A stretch of 64,000 bases of DNA from Chloroflexota bacterium (GTDB lineage Bacteria; Chloroflexota; UBA11872; VXOZ01), in NCBI GenBank assembly GCA_963662335.2, contig CAXXVD010000001.1:64001-128000 (forward strand), read 5' to 3'. Of the stretch, positions 48,536 to 58,086 are shown one piece after another. The notes under the pieces were generated by a model that worked only from the letters and a program-made list of their open reading frames with translations, was not told where the DNA came from and made no database searches. A program made the translations under genes and the position numbers. How positions within the stretch are numbered: the first letter of the stretch is position 1; each line of letters starts with the position of its first letter.

Positions 48536-49846
48536 ATGCTCAGCGCCGGAGTAGGACGCGCCACCCTCACGCCGCCGCTCGGCACGCCGCTCATCGGCTA
48601 CGGCGGGCGCGAGCGCGGCGCGGACGCCGTGCGCGACGACCTCTACGCCACGTCGTTGGTGCTTGCGGACGGCGAAACGACGGTAGCCCTCGTCACCTGC
48701 GACCTCTGCGCCTTGCCCGCGCAGCAGGTGCGCTACGTGCAACGGCGGCTCGAGGAGCGCGCCGGCATCCCGCCCGGCCACGTGCTCATCAATACCTCGC
48801 ACACTCACTCGGGGCCGTTGACTACGTTCAATGAGGAGACCCCGGCCGGTCTGCGGCGTGTCGTGCTGAATCTGCTCGATGGCATCGCAGAGTCGGTCGT
48901 CCAAGCGGCGGCAAAGCTCGTGCCTTGCCAAATCAGGGCGGGCACGGGTTCTGTGCGCGCGAGCATCAACCGGCGCAAGCGCAACGGCTACAGCGACGCG
49001 GTGACGCCGGACTCGCCGGCGGGCACGGTGGATCCCGCTCTGCACGTGGCGCGGATCGACGGCGTTGACGGCGTGCCACTCGCAATTCTCACTAGCTACG
49101 CCTGCCATCCGGTGGCGCTGCGCCCGCCCAGCCACGTCGTCTCCGCGGACTTCGTCTGCGCGCTGCGCGAGGCCGTGGAGCCGCAGATCGGCGCGCCGCT
49201 GCTCTTCGCTCAAGGCGCGGCCGGCAATCTGGTGCCAATCGGCCCGGAGATGGAGATGGAAGAGCGGCTGCAACTGACGGGGAGAATGCTCGGCGCTGAG
49301 GCCCTGCGCGTGCACGCCGCCCTGGGCGCTGAGGACGGTCCTTCTTCTGCAACGCAAGCTGGCGCTGCGCTGGCCGCTCCCGAGCCTACCGCTGCGTCCG
49401 GCGGCGCAACGGCCACAGCCCAGAGACCGGTGCTCGCCGCCGCAGCGGAAACCCTCTTGCTCGACCTTTGGACAGACCAGCCGAAAGCCACCGGCGCGGG
49501 ACACGCGCACCGGACGTTTCCCTATCTCACCCCGCCGTTGGTGGACGGCAAGGTAGAATGCGCGGTGCAGTCCCTGCGAATTGGCGATCTGGCGTTCGTG
49601 GGCGTCGCGGGTGAAGCCTTTGTGGAGATCGGCCTGGCCGTAAAGGAACGCTCGCCCTTTTCCCACACCATCTTCTTGGGCTACACCAACGGCTGCCTGG
49701 GCTATATTCCCATCGCCGCCGCCTACCCCAACGGCGGCTACGAAGTCCACCGCGCCTACGCCGTCTACCGCCTGCCCGCCACAATAGCCCCTGGCAGCGC
49801 CGACAGAGTTATCGACACCAGTCTAAGGCTACTGTGCGCTCTCTGA
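48536..49846 (+). CDS. neutral/alkaline ceramidase N-terminal-domain hydrolase
   Basis: TPP.G.PL.GY..R, DDLYA..L, SHTHSGP, NRR, YACHP, SADF, QGAAGN, GEAF.EIG, YTNG..GY.P...Y..GGYE. Confidence 0.8.
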   Translation: MLSAGVGRATLTPPLGTPLIGYGGRERGADAVRDDLYATSLVLADGETTVALVTCDLCALPAQQVRYVQRRLEERAGIPPGHVLINTSHTHSGPLTTFNEETPAGLRRVVLNLLDGIAESVVQAAAKLVPCQIRAGTGSVRASINRRKRNGYSDAVTPDSPAGTVDPALHVARIDGVDGVPLAILTSYACHPVALRPPSHVVSADFVCALREAVEPQIGAPLLFAQGAAGNLVPIGPEMEMEERLQLTGRMLGAEALRVHAALGAEDGPSSATQAGAALAAPEPTAASGGATATAQRPVLAAAAETLLLDLWTDQPKATGAGHAHRTFPYLTPPLVDGKVECAVQSLRIGDLAFVGVAGEAFVEIGLAVKERSPFSHTIFLGYTNGCLGYIPIAAAYPNGGYEVHRAYAVYRLPATIAPGSADRVIDTSLRLLCAL

Positions 49847-49967
49847 CCCCCGTCCCCTGGATTCCCACTTTGCGGGAATGATGGAATCCGTCGTGCTACT
49901 TTCATGGTATTGACGGCTTAGATTGAAACCACCTAAAAGACCTTGGTCAAGCGGTCAATTGGCGAAA

Positions 49968-50756
49968 CTAGCTACTCGCGCTGGAGTACTTGGTCAGCGC
50001 GAACCGCCAGAAGAGGTGGGAGACGATGAGGAGGCCGGCGGTCATGGCGAAGGCGGCCAGCGCGAAGGTGGGGCTGAGGATGCCGATCAGGGCCTGGCTG
50101 GGGACGGTGGCGATGAAGGCCACCGGCAGTCCGAACGTCAAGCCAAAGCGCAGCGCGCCGCGGAAGACGTCGGTGGGCACGCGGGCGACCTCGATGAAGT
50201 TGTAGTAGAGGTACGCGATGTTGCGGAGCCGGCCGGCCCAGAAGACTGTCGAGACCGCCATGAACCAGAGCGAGTAAGCAATGAGGCAGGCGCACACGAC
50301 CAGCGCCAGGTAGAGCAGCGCGCCGGGCCACGTCACCGGCTCGCCGAACAGGCCGACCGCGTACCACAGCACGCCGCCGCCAATCAGCACCTGCACCAGC
50401 GGGTCCCAATCGAACTTGCGCGTAGAGACGTAGAACCGGGCGCTGACGGGCTTGCTCAACACGAAGTCCAGTTCGCCGCGATTGATGAGGTCGGAGAGCG
50501 CGTTCATGTTTTCGCCAAAGATCGTCTCCACAACGCCGTCCACGAGCATCACGGTGGCGGCCAGCACGAGCATGTGTTCCATGCGCCAGCCGGCGATGGC
50601 CTGCACGTGGCCGAAGATGAAGTGGATCGAGGCGACGTACACCGCGGAGTAGAGGATGGTCGCCACGCTCCACACCACCGTGCTCAAGCGGTATTCCAGC
50701 GCGTTCAGGATGGAGTTCTTGGCAAAGGCGGCGTAGAGCCGCAGGTAGCGTGCCAT
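49968..50756 (-). CDS. ABC-2 family (DUF990-type) permease, subunit B copy 2
   Basis: LEYR, I.GW, I.RGELDFVLSKPV, RVP.DVF, LP.AFIATVP, YSSASS. Confidence 0.88.
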   Translation of the reverse strand: MARYLRLYAAFAKNSILNALEYRLSTVVWSVATILYSAVYVASIHFIFGHVQAIAGWRMEHMLVLAATVMLVDGVVETIFGENMNALSDLINRGELDFVLSKPVSARFYVSTRKFDWDPLVQVLIGGGVLWYAVGLFGEPVTWPGALLYLALVVCACLIAYSLWFMAVSTVFWAGRLRNIAYLYYNFIEVARVPTDVFRGALRFGLTFGLPVAFIATVPSQALIGILSPTFALAAFAMTAGLLIVSHLFWRFALTKYSSASS

Positions 50757-50759
50757 CGT

Positions 50760-51572
50760 TCAGCCTCCGTACGCGCCGTAGCGGCGCAGGCCGGCGGCCA
50801 AGACGCGCCGCATCAGCAGGAACGCCGCCAAGAGCCACGCCGCCTGCACCGCCAGCCCGCCCAGCGCCGCGAGAAAGTCGAGCCGGCCCTGGAGCAACTG
50901 CACGGGGAAGAAGTAGAGGTAGCGAAACGGCAGGAACTCCGTGGCGCGTTCCACGGCGCTCGGCATGAGGTCCAAGGGGATGATGCTGCCGGCCAGAAAC
51001 ATCATGACGACCAGATAGGCCTCGATGATGCCGTCCACCTGACCCACCCAGAATGCCAGCAAGCCCAAGGTTGCTTTCAAACAGTAGCTGAGCAGGAACG
51101 AGAACACCGCGCTCAGGAGCAAGATGGGCGCGGTCTCCCACCGGAGGCCGAAACTGCCGACTAAGCCCTGCCCAAAGATCAGGAAGAAGAGCAGCAGCAT
51201 CGGCGCCAGAAAGAAGACGCGCACGCCCCGCCAGGCCACCTCTCCCGTCAGTTGCTCCAAGAGATAGGGAAACGGGCGCACGAGGTACTTCGAGAACTGG
51301 CCGCTGCGGATCAAGCCGCTCGTATTCCACTCCGGATGCGGCGTGAGCAGCGTGCTAAGCACGAGAAACAGGACGTAGTAGTTCACCATGTCGTGGACCG
51401 TGTAGTCGCCTACCCGCTCCACAGTGCGGTAGGCCGCGGTCCAGAGGGCAATCATCACCAGCGGCAGCACGGCGTCGCCGACGAACCACACGAGCGACTC
51501 GGCGCGGTACATCAAGGAGTCTTGCCAGGAGGCAAGAAAGAGCACGCGTACTTTACGAAGCAGTTTCGGCAT
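50760..51572 (-). CDS. ABC-2 family (DUF990-type) permease, subunit A copy 2
   Basis: YRAE, IRSG.FS.YLVRP, LAG.IIPLDLMP, LPFRY..FFP, RRYGAYGG. Confidence 0.88.
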   Translation of the reverse strand: MPKLLRKVRVLFLASWQDSLMYRAESLVWFVGDAVLPLVMIALWTAAYRTVERVGDYTVHDMVNYYVLFLVLSTLLTPHPEWNTSGLIRSGQFSKYLVRPFPYLLEQLTGEVAWRGVRVFFLAPMLLLFFLIFGQGLVGSFGLRWETAPILLLSAVFSFLLSYCLKATLGLLAFWVGQVDGIIEAYLVVMMFLAGSIIPLDLMPSAVERATEFLPFRYLYFFPVQLLQGRLDFLAALGGLAVQAAWLLAAFLLMRRVLAAGLRRYGAYGG

Positions 51573-51583
51573 TCCAAGTTCGC

Positions 51584-52375
51584 CTAACTACTCGCGCTGG
51601 AGTATTTCGTCAACGCCAGGCGCCAGAAGAGGTGGGAGAGGATGAGGATAGCGGCGGTCATGGCGAAGGCGGTGAGGGCGAAGACCGGGCTGAGGATGCC
51701 CATGAGGGCTTGGCTGGGGACGGTGGCGATGAAGGCTACCGGCAGCACGAACATGAGACCGATTCGGAGCGAGCCACGAAATACGTCGGTAGGTACGCGG
51801 GCGATCTCGATGAAGTTGTAGTAGAGATGCGCCACGTTGTTGAGCCTGCCAGCCCAGAAAGTAACCGACACGACCATGAACCAGAGGGAATAGGCCATCA
51901 AGCTCGCGCAGAGTATTAGCCCAACGTAAAGCAGCGCGCTGTGCCATTCAATCGGTTGCGCGAGCATCCCAATTGCGTACCAGAGTACAGCGCACCCAGT
52001 AACCACCTGTACTAGCGGGTCCCAATCGAACCGCCGCGTTGAGACGTAGAAGCGAGAGCTTACCGGCTTGCTCAGCACGAAATCGAGCTCCCCGCGATTG
52101 ATAAGCCCGGAGAGCGCGTTCATGTTTTCGCCGAAGATCGACTCCACGATGCCGTCCACAATCATCACGGTGGCCGCCAGTACCAGCATCTGCTCCATGC
52201 GCCAACCAGCAACTGACTGCACGTGGGCGAAGATGAATTGGACCGAAAGCACGTAGACCACAGCAAAGAGAACCGTCGCAACGCTCCAGATCGTGAAACT
52301 CAGCCGGTATTCCAGCGAGTCGAGGATGGAATTCTTGGCAAAGGCGCGATAGAGCCGCACGTATCGTTGCATCAT
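51584..52375 (-). CDS. ABC-2 family (DUF990-type) permease, subunit B copy 1
   Basis: Near-colinear paralogue of 49968-50756. Confidence 0.88.
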   Translation of the reverse strand: MMQRYVRLYRAFAKNSILDSLEYRLSFTIWSVATVLFAVVYVLSVQFIFAHVQSVAGWRMEQMLVLAATVMIVDGIVESIFGENMNALSGLINRGELDFVLSKPVSSRFYVSTRRFDWDPLVQVVTGCAVLWYAIGMLAQPIEWHSALLYVGLILCASLMAYSLWFMVVSVTFWAGRLNNVAHLYYNFIEIARVPTDVFRGSLRIGLMFVLPVAFIATVPSQALMGILSPVFALTAFAMTAAILILSHLFWRLALTKYSSASS

Positions 52376-53188
52376 TCAGCCTCCATACGCGCCATAGCGG
52401 CGCACCCCGGCGGCAAACACCCACTGCATGAGCAGGAACGCCAGCGCCAACCACATGCCCTGCATAGCGAGTCCACCGAGCGCAGACGGAAAGTCGAGCC
52501 GGCCCTGGAGCAACTGCACCGGGAAGAAGTAGAGGTAGCGAAACGGCAGGAAGAACGTCATTCGCTCCACTGCCGCCGGCATCAAGTCCAAAGGGATGAT
52601 GTTCCCGGCCAAGAAAATCTTGACTACGATAAACACTTGGGCAATTCCATCCACACGGCCTATCCAGAACGCCAAGAGGCCGATGGCCAGCTTGAGGCAA
52701 TAGCTCAGCAAGAATGAGAGCACCATGCTTGCCAGCAGGATTGGCGCAGTTGCCCACGTGAGCGCGAACGCATCCAGCAGGCCCGGCCCAAGAATGAGGA
52801 CAATCAATAGTATGAGTGGAATGAGAAAGAAGAGCCGGACGCCTCTTCCAGCGACTTCACCTGCTAGCAACCACAGTTGGAACGGGAACGGCCGCACAAG
52901 ATGCAGGGAAATAGTGCCATTGCGAATCAAGTAGCTCGAGTACCCCTCCGGATAGGGCGTCAGAATCGTGTTCAAGGCCAAGAACATGACGTAGTAGTGT
53001 ACCATGTCCGCGACCGCGTACTCTCCGACCCGATCAACGGTGCGGTACGCCGCCAGCCAAAACGCAATCATCACGAGCGGTATAACGGCGTCGTTGATGA
53101 ACCACACAAATCCTTCAGCGCGATACGTGAGGGCATCTTGCCATGAGAATAGAAGGGCTGCGCGTAATTTACGAAACAGCTTCCGCAT
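52376..53188 (-). CDS. ABC-2 family (DUF990-type) permease, subunit A copy 1
   Basis: Near-colinear paralogue of 50760-51572; start MRKLFRK overlaps the ATPase stop. Confidence 0.88.
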   Translation of the reverse strand: MRKLFRKLRAALLFSWQDALTYRAEGFVWFINDAVIPLVMIAFWLAAYRTVDRVGEYAVADMVHYYVMFLALNTILTPYPEGYSSYLIRNGTISLHLVRPFPFQLWLLAGEVAGRGVRLFFLIPLILLIVLILGPGLLDAFALTWATAPILLASMVLSFLLSYCLKLAIGLLAFWIGRVDGIAQVFIVVKIFLAGNIIPLDLMPAAVERMTFFLPFRYLYFFPVQLLQGRLDFPSALGGLAMQGMWLALAFLLMQWVFAAGVRRYGAYGG

Positions 53189-54170
53189 ACGTTGACTGTC
53201 CACCGGAGAAGAGCTGGCGCACCACGTCGTCGACCTCGGGCTCGACGATGTTGAGGTCCAGCACCGGGTAGTCCTGCAAGAGTTGCGCGGAGACCTGCGG
53301 CACGGCGTCGCGGGCAATGCGCAGGGTGGTGGTGCGGGGGCGGTAGGAGGTTACTGCGCCGTATCTTTCCAATTCAGCTTCCGCCACCGGAGACGCGAAC
53401 GTGACCGTCATGAATTTGTAGTCCGCATAGCGGCGCACGACCGTCTCCAGGTCGCCGTCGAAGACGAGATGCCCGTGGTCGATGATGAGCACCCGGTCGC
53501 AGAGGGCCTCCACGTCGCGCATGTAGTGGCTGGTGAGGATGACCGTCGCGCCGTAGCGGGCGTTGTACTCGCGCACGAAATTGCGAATATTCTGCTGCAT
53601 CACCACGTCGAGGCCGATGGTCGGCTCGTCCAGGAAGAGCACCTGCGGCCGGTGCAGGAGCGCGGCCAGCAACTCGCACTTCATGCGCTCGCCCAGCGAA
53701 AGCTTGCGCGCCTGCACGTTGATGACCTTCTCTAGCTCCAGGATTTGCACCAGTGTGTCGAGCGTTTCCTGAAACTGCGCGTCCGGCACCTCGTAGATCT
53801 CTTTGTTGATGAGAAAGGTCTCCATAGGCGGCAGGTCCCACCAGACCTGGTTCTTCTGCCCCATCACCAAGGCAAAGCGCCGCTGGAAGGCCGCCTGGCG
53901 TTCCCACGGCGTGTACCCGAGCACGGAAACCTCGCCGCCGGTGGGGTAGAGCAGGCCGGAGAGCACCTTGAGCGTGGTGGTCTTGCCCGCGCCGTTGGGC
54001 CCCAGGAAGCCGACCAATTCGCCGCTCTCGATGGCAAACGAGATGTCGTCCACCGCCTTCACGTCGTAGGTCTTGCGCCGCACGAACGACTTGAGCGAGC
54101 CCACCAGACCCGGTTCCTTCTGGTGGACTTCGTAGTATTTTGAGAGATTCTTAACTGAAATTGCGCTCAT
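53169..54170 (-). CDS. ABC exporter ATP-binding protein
   Basis: GPNGAGKTT, GQKNQVWWDLP, LSLGERMK signature, FLDEPTIGLD, TSHYM. Confidence 0.95.
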   Translation of the reverse strand: MSAISVKNLSKYYEVHQKEPGLVGSLKSFVRRKTYDVKAVDDISFAIESGELVGFLGPNGAGKTTTLKVLSGLLYPTGGEVSVLGYTPWERQAAFQRRFALVMGQKNQVWWDLPPMETFLINKEIYEVPDAQFQETLDTLVQILELEKVINVQARKLSLGERMKCELLAALLHRPQVLFLDEPTIGLDVVMQQNIRNFVREYNARYGATVILTSHYMRDVEALCDRVLIIDHGHLVFDGDLETVVRRYADYKFMTVTFASPVAEAELERYGAVTSYRPRTTTLRIARDAVPQVSAQLLQDYPVLDLNIVEPEVDDVVRQLFSGGQSTYAEAVS

Positions 54171-54240
54171 GGCCTTCTCGGTTAGCGCGCCGGTCGCCGT
54201 GGGTTGAGCAACCAGGTCATACAGCGGAGCTACTTATGAT

Positions 54241-54249
54241 ATTCTAGCA
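54241..54249 (-). promoter_or_regulatory. extended -10 promoter element for the ABC operon
   Basis: Minus strand TGCTAGAAT, 70 nt upstream of the ATG. Confidence 0.55.
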
Positions 54250-54399
54250 CGTACCCCATGCTCCTCAGAGGCGGCGTTAGGAGGACGCTTGCCGTACGTA
54301 CTTCGGCAAGTTCAGTACGAACGGCGCTTTCTCTACCTCACCGGGCAAACGGAGAAGCGTATCACTACAGCCTAGAGAAAGCGCACTGGAGAGCCTCTG

Positions 54400-55023
54400 T
54401 TGGACACAGAATCACAGACTGAGACACCCGAAGCCTCACCGCCGGTCGTCAACATCGTGGGGCAGAAGGTCGCGCTCGGCCCGCTGCGCAAAGACCTCGT
54501 ACCCACCTACACGCGCTGGTACAACGATTTCTACACACTGCGCACGCTCGGTACCACGCCCGTGCCGCTGACCTTGGAGCAGGACGAAAAGCAGCATGAG
54601 CGCTTGGTTGCCAATAGCGCGACTGAGATCTCGTTTACGGTCTACGAACGGAGCAGATCACGTCCGATTGGCAATGCCGGCCTCTTCGATGTCGACTATC
54701 GCAACCGCACTGCCGAACTGGGCCTTATCATTGCTGAACCGGACGCCCGCAACAAAGGCTATGGTACGGAAACTACGCGGCTCGTGGTCGATTATGCCTT
54801 TATCGGATTGGGCTTGCACAACGTGATGCTCACGGTGTTCGAGTACAATCTGGCCGGCATCCGCGTCTACGCGAAGGCCGGCTTTAAGGAGTTCGGCAGG
54901 CAGCGCGAGAGCATCTTCATGGGCGGCAAGCTGTGGGACATCATCCTTATGGATTGCCTGTCCAGTGAGTGGGTGCCCGGCCCCGTGCTGGCGGATGTCT
55001 TCAAGCCGGACGAGCCACGATAG
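54400..55023 (+). CDS. GNAT acetyltransferase (RimJ/RimL-like), copy 1
   Basis: VALGPL, RWYND, IGN, AELGLII, RNKGYGTE, LHNV.L.V.EYN..GIR.Y.KAGF; TTG start. Confidence 0.9.
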   Translation: MDTESQTETPEASPPVVNIVGQKVALGPLRKDLVPTYTRWYNDFYTLRTLGTTPVPLTLEQDEKQHERLVANSATEISFTVYERSRSRPIGNAGLFDVDYRNRTAELGLIIAEPDARNKGYGTETTRLVVDYAFIGLGLHNVMLTVFEYNLAGIRVYAKAGFKEFGRQRESIFMGGKLWDIILMDCLSSEWVPGPVLADVFKPDEPR

Positions 55024-55152
55024 CGTTTCCTAATGACGACTTCCGTACGCCCCCGTATCGTGTCGATACACTGTATCGAGTTCGGGGCAGGCTCTGAGCC
55101 TGTCTAAGGGCAATGCGCAGTACAAAGTGTGTCAGTTTCCCAGGGAGTGAGG

Positions 55153-55785
55153 ATGGCTGAGAAACAACAAGACAAGACACCTGAAGCCACATCGCCAATC
55201 TTCAACATCGTTGGCGAGAAAGTGGCCCTTGGCCCCCTGCGCAAAGACCTGGTGCCTACCTATTTGCGCTGGTTCAACGACTTCGGCACGCTGCGCACCC
55301 TGGGACAGTTGCCCGTGCCGCTCACCTTGGAACAGGAAGAAAAATGGTACGAGCGGGCGGTCACGCGCGGCGATTCCGACATAGCCTTTACCATCTATGA
55401 GAAGGCCACCGCGCGGCCCATCGGCAACGTCGATCTCCGTGACATCGATCATCGCAACCGCACTGCCGCCTTTGGCATCGCAATCGGCGAGCCGGACGCC
55501 CGCGGCAAGGGCTACGGCACGGAAGCGACTCAACTCATGCTGGACTATGCGTTCACGGCGCAGGGCCTGCATAACGTGATGCTGCACGTCCACGAATACA
55601 ACCTGGCCGGCATCCGCGCGTACACCAAGGCTGGTTTTAAAGAATTCGGCCGCCGCCGCGAGTGCCACTTCATGGGCGGCAGGTACTGGGACCTGGTCCA
55701 CATGGAGTGCCTGGCCTCGGAGTGGGGCCCCAGCCCGGTACTGGCCGCGGTCTTCAAGCCCGATGAGCCGCGTCCGGCCACCTAG
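55153..55785 (+). CDS. GNAT acetyltransferase (RimJ/RimL-like), copy 2
   Basis: Colinear paralogue of 54400-55023; RGKGYGTE acetyl-CoA motif. Confidence 0.9.
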   Translation: MAEKQQDKTPEATSPIFNIVGEKVALGPLRKDLVPTYLRWFNDFGTLRTLGQLPVPLTLEQEEKWYERAVTRGDSDIAFTIYEKATARPIGNVDLRDIDHRNRTAAFGIAIGEPDARGKGYGTEATQLMLDYAFTAQGLHNVMLHVHEYNLAGIRAYTKAGFKEFGRRRECHFMGGRYWDLVHMECLASEWGPSPVLAAVFKPDEPRPAT

Positions 55786-55809
55786 CTGCGGCAGCCGCCC
55801 GGCATTGAC

Positions 55810-56211
55810 CCACCTCCGTTCGCCCTGAGCCACCTCCGTTGCCTCTGAGCCATCTCCGCTCGCCCTGAGCTTGTCGAAGGGCAAAAAGCGCGGGACTATT
55901 CATACTTGCACTGCTGCAATCCGTTCATGCTTCGACAAGCTCTGCACGAACAGATTGCATAGACGCGCTCAGTGAATCCGTTCGCCCTGAGCCTGTCGAA
56001 GGGCAAGAACGTGGGGTAAGCATCTCTTGATCTGCCAAAGGCCGTTCATGCTTCGACAAACTCAGCACGAACGGCCTATCGCCTGAGGCGCGCCCTCGCA
56101 GTTGGAGACTGATCCCGCTCGCCCTGAGCCTGTCGAAGGACGAGAACGTAGGATCGCCACTATCCTGCCTGCTGCCCGCCGTTCATGCTTCGACACACTC
56201 AGCACGAACGG
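55810..56211. repeat. BIME/REPIN-like array: three inverted pairs of CCGTTCGCCCTGAGCYTGTCGAAG units plus a 20-bp stutter
   Basis: Forward units at about 55856, 55978 and 56114; inverted units at about 55921, 56042 and 56179; 20-bp unit x3 at 55810-55869. Confidence 0.9.
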
Positions 56212-56266
56212 CTAAAGGCATCGCGCGCAGGCTTCAACCTATTCCGCGGACTTCTAATCCGCGTAC

Positions 56267-57052
56267 TTACGCCAGCCCCAGGCGCTGCTCCAAGAACTCG
56301 CGGTTATACACTGCCGAGGCGCGCGCGTCGTCGCCGGTGGCGGTTTCCAGCACCAGCCAGCCGTCGTAGCCGATGGCGTCGATTGCCGCGAAGATGGCGT
56401 CCCAATCCAGCGGCCCGTCGCCCATCAGCGGGATGCGGTCCGGTTCCTTGGTGTGGATTTGGCTAATCATGCTGCCAAGCGCCCGCAGATCAGCAGCGGG
56501 GTCGAACCCCTGCGTGTGCGCGTTGCCCACGTCGAAGTAGACGCCAATCTGCGGCGAATCAACGGCGGCGAGCAAGCGGCGGAAGCGCGCCACCGACTGC
56601 GGGTGCGTACGGCCCACGCTCTCCGGGGCCATGATCACGCCCGCACTCTCCGCCGCGGGCATGATCTCGCTGAACCCGTCCACCCAGCGGGCAAAGGATT
56701 CTTCATAGGGCTGTTCCGGCGGCGCGTCCATGGCGCAAAGAATCAGGCACGCATCAAGATAGGCCGCAGCCGCGATGGTCTCGGTGGCCACGCGAATGCC
56801 CTGCGCCCGCGCCGCGCTATCGCCCGTCAGCATCACGCCCAGATTGCCCACGCACAGCGAACACACCGCTACCCCCGTCTCCGCCGATTGGCGCTTCAGC
56901 AAGTCCCAACCGGACTGTTCCGCCAGCACGTTCCCGACCGGGTCCCGGGCGCTGATGGAAAACTCCACGCCCGCAAAGCCCAGTTCCGCCGCCAGCGGCA
57001 GAGCGTCCCCGCCATCTGCGCCGATAGAACCGGTGCGCGTGCCGATCTTCAT
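56267..57052 (-). CDS. sugar phosphate isomerase/epimerase (xylose isomerase-like TIM barrel)
   Basis: LGFAGVE, PE, YFDVGN, IHTKE, G.G.LDW, GYDGWLVLET. Confidence 0.88.
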   Translation of the reverse strand: MKIGTRTGSIGADGGDALPLAAELGFAGVEFSISARDPVGNVLAEQSGWDLLKRQSAETGVAVCSLCVGNLGVMLTGDSAARAQGIRVATETIAAAAYLDACLILCAMDAPPEQPYEESFARWVDGFSEIMPAAESAGVIMAPESVGRTHPQSVARFRRLLAAVDSPQIGVYFDVGNAHTQGFDPAADLRALGSMISQIHTKEPDRIPLMGDGPLDWDAIFAAIDAIGYDGWLVLETATGDDARASAVYNREFLEQRLGLA

Positions 57053-58086
57053 GTCGCCACCACTTCCAGGTCGTCGGTAATCCGCACCTCGCTGCGCAGT
57101 TCCGCCGACTTCTGCCCGGCGTACGTAAAGGCGAACGACCGCAGCGCGTCGTCGTACGGTGAGAGGATGCCCTCCTGGGTGTTGTTGGCAACCGCGTTGA
57201 CGAACGCCTGATTGAGCAGGAAGTTCGAATCTTGCTCAGACTCGATGGTCTCCGCTGCCTGGCCCGGGCGCAAGACGGTCGTGCTGCCAAATCCCGCCGT
57301 CACGGTCATGTCTTTTGCGAGAATGTGGAGCACGTTGGTGACGTTTGGCGGCACGCCGGCATGGGCCGCGGGCGAGTTGCCGATCAAGCCCACCGCGCGG
57401 TTCTTGAAGCGCACGGTAGCGGCGTTTACGTCGAAGATGTTCAGCTTCGGTTCGTCCGTGAGCAGCACCGTGTCGCCGGCGGCGTAGACGGTGTCCGGCT
57501 CGCCCACGAAGTACCGCACCAGGTCGATGCCGTGGGTGTGCTGCTCGATGAGCATGCCGCCGGACTGCTCCTGAATCCGCCACCACGGCGTGCCCGGCAA
57601 CTGGCCCCAGCGCACGGCAATCACCATGCCGATCGGCACGCCCTCCAGCAAGGCGCGCGTCTGCTGCACGGAAGACCCGTAGCGCATCTGGTAACCGACG
57701 GAATTCACGACTCCCTTTTCGGCAATGTGCGCCGCGATTTCCTTGGCGAGGGAAAGCTCAATGGCGATCGGCTTCTCGATCATCACCGCCTTGCCGGCCC
57801 CGATCACGTCGTGGTCAATCTCGCCGTGGGCAAATGTCGGCAGCGAGATGTAGACGGCGTCCAATTCCACCGCGTCGAGCATGGCGCGGTGATTGGAGAA
57901 GAGGCCCGGCTGAATGGGCGCCGCCCCTTCCGGCAGCGCGCCGTTGATCGTCTCCACCGCTCCCGCGCAGCGCGGCTCGTCGATGTCGCACAACGCGGCA
58001 ATCTCGGCCTCCGGTATGCGCACCAGGTGCCGCATCTCGTGCACGGACCGCCCGCCAACGCCAATGATGCCAATTCTTACGGACAC
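57049..58086 (-). CDS. Gfo/Idh/MocA family oxidoreductase
   Basis: GIIGVGG, LPTFAH, AGK.VMIEKP, SGGMLIEQHTHGID; ATGA overlap with the epimerase. Confidence 0.92.
   Translation of the reverse strand: MSVRIGIIGVGGRSVHEMRHLVRIPEAEIAALCDIDEPRCAGAVETINGALPEGAAPIQPGLFSNHRAMLDAVELDAVYISLPTFAHGEIDHDVIGAGKAVMIEKPIAIELSLAKEIAAHIAEKGVVNSVGYQMRYGSSVQQTRALLEGVPIGMVIAVRWGQLPGTPWWRIQEQSGGMLIEQHTHGIDLVRYFVGEPDTVYAAGDTVLLTDEPKLNIFDVNAATVRFKNRAVGLIGNSPAAHAGVPPNVTNVLHILAKDMTVTAGFGSTTVLRPGQAAETIESEQDSNFLLNQAFVNAVANNTQEGILSPYDDALRSFAFTYAGQKSAELRSEVRITDDLEVVAT

Noticed and set aside
49835-49921. C-A-L-TGA (CxxU) at the end of the ceramidase-like gene as a second selenoprotein
   Set aside because: The domain already appears complete, the downstream hairpin is a REP-family unit, and the read-through peptide is short and featureless
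55810-56211. CRISPR array (repeats with unique spacers)
   Set aside because: Repeats alternate in orientation, are degenerate, and the same unit is scattered across the window; REP/BIME-like
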